In this document: positions 60,293 to 64,000 of the stretch, piece after piece | Layout of the letters: each line of letters opens with the position of its first letter | Numbering within the stretch: the stretch's first letter is position 1 | From: Marsupella aquatica | Lineage: Eukaryota; Plantae; Marchantiophyta | Assembly (NCBI GenBank): GCA_973895155.1 | Contig: OZ316899.1 | Coordinates: 8,063,241-8,127,240 of the forward strand | Direction of reading: 5' to 3' | Length of the DNA stretch: 64,000 nucleotides | Position numbers and translations under genes: made by a program | The notes under the pieces: model-generated | What the model was told of the DNA's origin: nothing | Seen by the model: the letters and a program-made list of their open reading frames with translations, nothing else | The model's database searches: none

Positions 60293-63200
60293 TGTGGGAT
60301 GGCTCAGTGTCAGCTAGTGTAGAGAAACATGACATTCTTTCGTTTAGAAGAGGAAATAGTTAGGGAAAAAGTTTTAGTGCTATCAGAGTAGCTAGGTTTA
60401 GGGCACTTAAGTAAGAAGGGAAGCTTAGTAGAGGTAAGAGGGAATTTTAGTTATGCAAAGTTATCTAGGGGTAAGCAAGTTACTATAGGAGGGGCAGGAA
60501 ACTAGTTCCGTCCTTAGTTATAATAGGCGACTAAGTCGGGACCGAAAAATGACCCGACACCGGACATCTTATTTTTGGCTGATATTTCTCCCATGGGTGC
60601 TGGGAGGTCCCTAGGGAACCCTGAAAAAGTATGAAGTCAAGTGGGGTCTTAACCTAGGAGTTATAAGTATTTTGGCAAAAATCAAAGTTACCAAATAGCG
60701 GGTCCCGGGAAAAATAGCTGATGGGTAAATGTAGGGGTTCCAAGTTTGGAAGTGGGTTAAGTATGGTCCCCTCTATCCCTAGAAACTTGTGGGACAACTT
60801 TGTCACACTTGGTTACTTTTTGGGAGCATCTCAAAGTTGAGAAGAATTTTGGAAGACATAAAGACTTGACCCTCTTTGCCTAATTTTAGAAAAGTTGTTA
60901 TAGGGTTTTGTTTATATCTTAGTAAACCCGGACATAGTCCTATGTCCATAGAATCAGTGGAGCTACTCAGAAGTCCTTTTGGACTTATGTGTGAGTTTTG
61001 GAGGGGGGTCCAAAATCGCCCCAAAATGCTGTTTTTCCAAAAAAAAATGTATTTTTTTCTAAGTGTAAACCGCGTGGGCGACGATCACGCGGCGAGCACG
61101 AGGCAAGGAGGAGCGAGCACGAGGCAAGGAGGAGCAAGCACGAGGCTGGTGAGGACGTCAAGCACCGGGAGGCTGTCCAAAGGTGCTGCATGATTACTTG
61201 AGGAATCAATTGAGCACAAGGGCGGCTGAATTGAAGGAAGGGCGGCTGAATTGAAATGGCTGCTGCTGATTGAAGAAGCAAGGGCTGCTGCTGATTGAAG
61301 AAGCAAGGGCTGTTGCTGATTGAAGAAGCTATGGCTGCTGAGAAGGAAAAGAGCTATGGCTGCAAATTAGGATCGCTGCTGGCTTTGAATTGGGAAGGCT
61401 GCTTGCTGCTATGACAGCTGCACACTAGATTAGAGGTGCTCCTACTAATCAGGCACGAGATGCTCATGAGAATTGGCTGGCTGCTGCCTTGATGCTGCTG
61501 AATTGAATGATGCTGCTGCTAGCTGCGAAATTGCAAAGGTGGGCAGCTACGAAATTGAGAAGAGAGACCTGCTTGACTGAGAAGGAATCAAGCTATGGTT
61601 GCTGCTGCTGTGCTTCAAATCTGCTGTTGTTGTGCTGTAAATGCGCTGATGTGACTGTGCTGCTAGCTGCGAAATTGACTGTGTTGCTAGCGGCAAAATT
61701 GAAGAGGTGAGCTAGCTGCGAAATTGACTAGGCTGGCTGTGAGCTATGGTGGCTGTGAAATTGAGGGGCTGGCGGCTGATCAGCTGGACTGCTGCACAAG
61801 AAAGAATCCAATAGAGAATGCTGTGGTTTTAGATTGAATTCACGAGAGAGAAATGGCTGCAAACATTGCTGTCCTTACAATTTCTTCATAAGAAACATGA
61901 GTATAATGAGAGTGCTCTCCCCTCATGACACGTGGAATCCCCATAAGGGGCATGTAAGGTAAGTGTAATCGGGCCGCCGCTTACACCCGCTTTACACCAA
62001 AAACAGGCCTTGGGAGAATGGGCATAACTTTGGCTAGAGGTATCCGTTGGGGCCCAAATTTTTTTGTGCTGAGTTAGGGGAAGATAAGGCACCCCCTGGT
62101 GAAGGTGGAACCCCAGAAAAGTAATCACTCAAATATATTTTTAACCGAGGCCACGAGGGAGTCCCGACAACTTGCAAACCAAAGTCGGCATAGGGGAATG
62201 AATACCAGATTTAGGGGCTGACCTTTCTTGCACCCATACCACTTGAGTTAGGCTCTAGAGAAGGGTACTTACCTTTGGCCAAAGGTGTAAGGCCATCAAG
62301 TTAAGAAAAGTAAATATAGGGGGTAGTTTACTTAGGGTAGTAAAGGGGTTACAAGTAAAATAAGGCCAACTTTGACTAGGCACAACTTGAGACTCACTCA
62401 CTCTTTTTGCGAGCTTTCAAGTGGGTTGGTAAGCTGGTGAGGAGGACCATAAGTGGGAGTAGGTTTGGAAGTCAAAGCATACCACTCATGTGTGGCATAT
62501 TCCAGGGCTTGGAAGGAGGCAAAATAGCAAGTAGTAGGGTGGGCTATGAACTATAGAGTTGGACTTTGTGTGTTAGGAGGACTTGGGGGAGGTATAGTTG
62601 GACCCCAGGTCAAGCTTGGTGTGATGTGGAAGGAGATAGTATATAAGGAGGAAGTTTTCATTTGTTAGGGACCGGGAGTCTCATCTCTTAAGTGAAATCT
62701 CTACCTTGCCAAGGTAGGGCTAAGCTTGAGAAAGGAGAGGTGGTCCATGCTTAGTGTGGAGAATGTGTAGTGAACTTTTGTTGTAAAGGTGATGCAATAA
62801 AAGGAGACTTACCAATCTTCATTGTGACCATTAAGTGTGAGTGCATTTGAAGTATATGAGAGCAAGAGAAGAGTCCATGCTATGGTATAATCTTGGTCTA
62901 AGCTTGAAGGGGATGTGCTAGTACAAAACCAAGGCCAAGGAGGCAAGGTTAAGGTATAGCATTACTTTGAGACTTAGAGAGGATTATAGCTTGAGGGTGG
63001 AAAGTACTTTGCTTGGTGTGTGGTGTTAACAAGAAGTAAGAACAAGAGGAAGAGTCCTTAGATAGAGGAGCCTTCTCTAGGGCTCAAAGGGGATGTGTGG
63101 ACCCAAACCAAGGCCAGGGGGGCAAGGTTGAGGGGTAACACTACTTTGAGGGTCTTGAGGAGACTTAAGCTTGAAGAGGAAAGTACTTTGGGTTCTTGGG

Positions 63201-63482
63201 TGTTTGTGTGAGAATCTACTCTAAGGTGACAGCTTGGAGCGGAGATCCCCCTTGCTGATCCTTGGAGTAGAGGAGAGGGGAAGGGGTGAGTACAAAAGTA
63301 GTCAAGGGGACTACCTCTCTAGAAGTGGAGAGTTGAAACTACTTATGTATGGAGTGATTGGACATTGTAAGCACACTTCAGAAGTTTTGTCAATCCTTTG
63401 TGACCCTGGTATGACATGGAGCAGGTATTAGGTAGTCTTTTGGGGAGAAAAGCCGCTTAAGCTCCTTGGCAAGTGTTTGACA
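60293..63482 (+). repeat. 3' LTR of G (3190 bp, no long ORF)
   Basis: Starts after the PPT and ends at the CA followed by TSD AAGGA. TATATAA at 62640-62646. Confidence 0.88.
61092..61340. repeat. Short tandem repeats in LTR-G (21-, 20- and 25-bp units)
   Basis: GCGAGCACGAGGCAAGGAGGA about x2.5, AAGGGCGGCTGAATTGAA x2, and GGCTGCTGCTGATTGAAGAAGCAAG x3. Confidence 0.85.
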
Positions 63483-64000
63483 AAGGAGGAACAGCAGGTG
63501 ATCGGCGTGGGAAGCGTGTCCCGGCTTGGTTATCATATGCCGTTGTTGTGCCGGTATGCCCGAAGTCATATATTCACCCCGGTACTGCCCCTGCAGGCAA
63601 GAGCACCAGAGGAGGTTCTGGAACTGAGGCCGGCAACAGAGAAACCGACCCAGCCCCACAGTCCTACAATCAAGCAGGTGTTTAGGCCAAGGAAGGAGGA
63701 CTTGCCGATGCAGCAACCAGGCATGCAAAATCTGCTGAAATTGCTGGAGAAGGAAAGGAGAACGGCAATGGCAACAAACTGGGACCGGTACAGAATACTG
63801 CTCCCAAAGTCGGCCTTAGCCAACTTACCAGGGAAAACCCCTTTACCGGGGTCAAGGAGAGAAGGAGGCCGGAACACGAGCCGGGAGTCTGAATGTATAT
63901 AGGAGCTTCAAGTCCCGAAGCCGAGGAAAAGCAGCCCGAAGCTCCTAGTCGCGATAGGGAGAAGATGAGATCAACGTGGAAGCCGGAGGAACCAGGACCA

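Larger units (their letters stand above)
53866..63482 (+). mobile_element. Young Ty3/Gypsy element G (9617 bp) with intact gag-pol
   Basis: TGTGGG...TTGACA termini, TSD AAGGA (53861-53865, 63483-63487), PBS, PPT and an identical shared LTR segment. Confidence 0.95.
53009..64000 (+). mobile_element. Second C-type coding LTR (53009-53865 plus 63483-64000 and beyond), split by element G
   Basis: Highly similar to about 17202-18570. ORFs 53018-53890 and 63477-63902 rejoin across TSD AAGGA. Confidence 0.88.

Noticed and set aside
53866-60559. Element G as an ordinary 6.7-kb element with two 267-bp LTRs
   Set aside because: There is no TSD after 60559. AAGGA and the resumed C-type frame occur only at 63483.
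77-63877. Many short antisense or overlapping ORFs in the track (e.g. 1916-2455, 15734-16219, 17195-17722, 52987-53529, 54984-55298)
   Set aside because: They are shadow frames of TE coding strands or low-complexity tracts with no recognisable motifs.

Overview
This 64 kb window is a dense nest of plant transposable elements, and I found no convincing host gene. The element and protein types suggest an early-diverging land plant such as a bryophyte, but that is inference. Contents from left to right: the 5' part of non-chromovirus Ty3/Gypsy element A (1-7283, minus); an L1-type LINE (7284-15200) split by a rearranged Copia that itself carries solo LTR-B; Gypsy D (15201-31905, minus) interrupted by solo LTR-C and a full-length Ty1/Copia; a CACTA transposon with an adjacent tandem-BRCT ORF; a MULE/SWIM transposase interrupted by solo LTR-E; degenerate Gypsy F containing a MITE; and a second C-type LTR interrupted by the very young Gypsy G, whose gag-pol is intact. 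The main observation is that several Gypsy families here have giant LTRs (2.4-4.7 kb), delimited by TG...CA ends, 5-bp TSDs and/or a PBS. Three of them (A 3971 bp, C 4678 bp, E 4077 bp) carry a long protein-coding gene of one shared family inside the LTR, so solo LTRs leave that gene behind. LTRs A, B and C also share a multi-hairpin motif near their 3' end. All alignments and domain calls were made by eye; no database searches were run.
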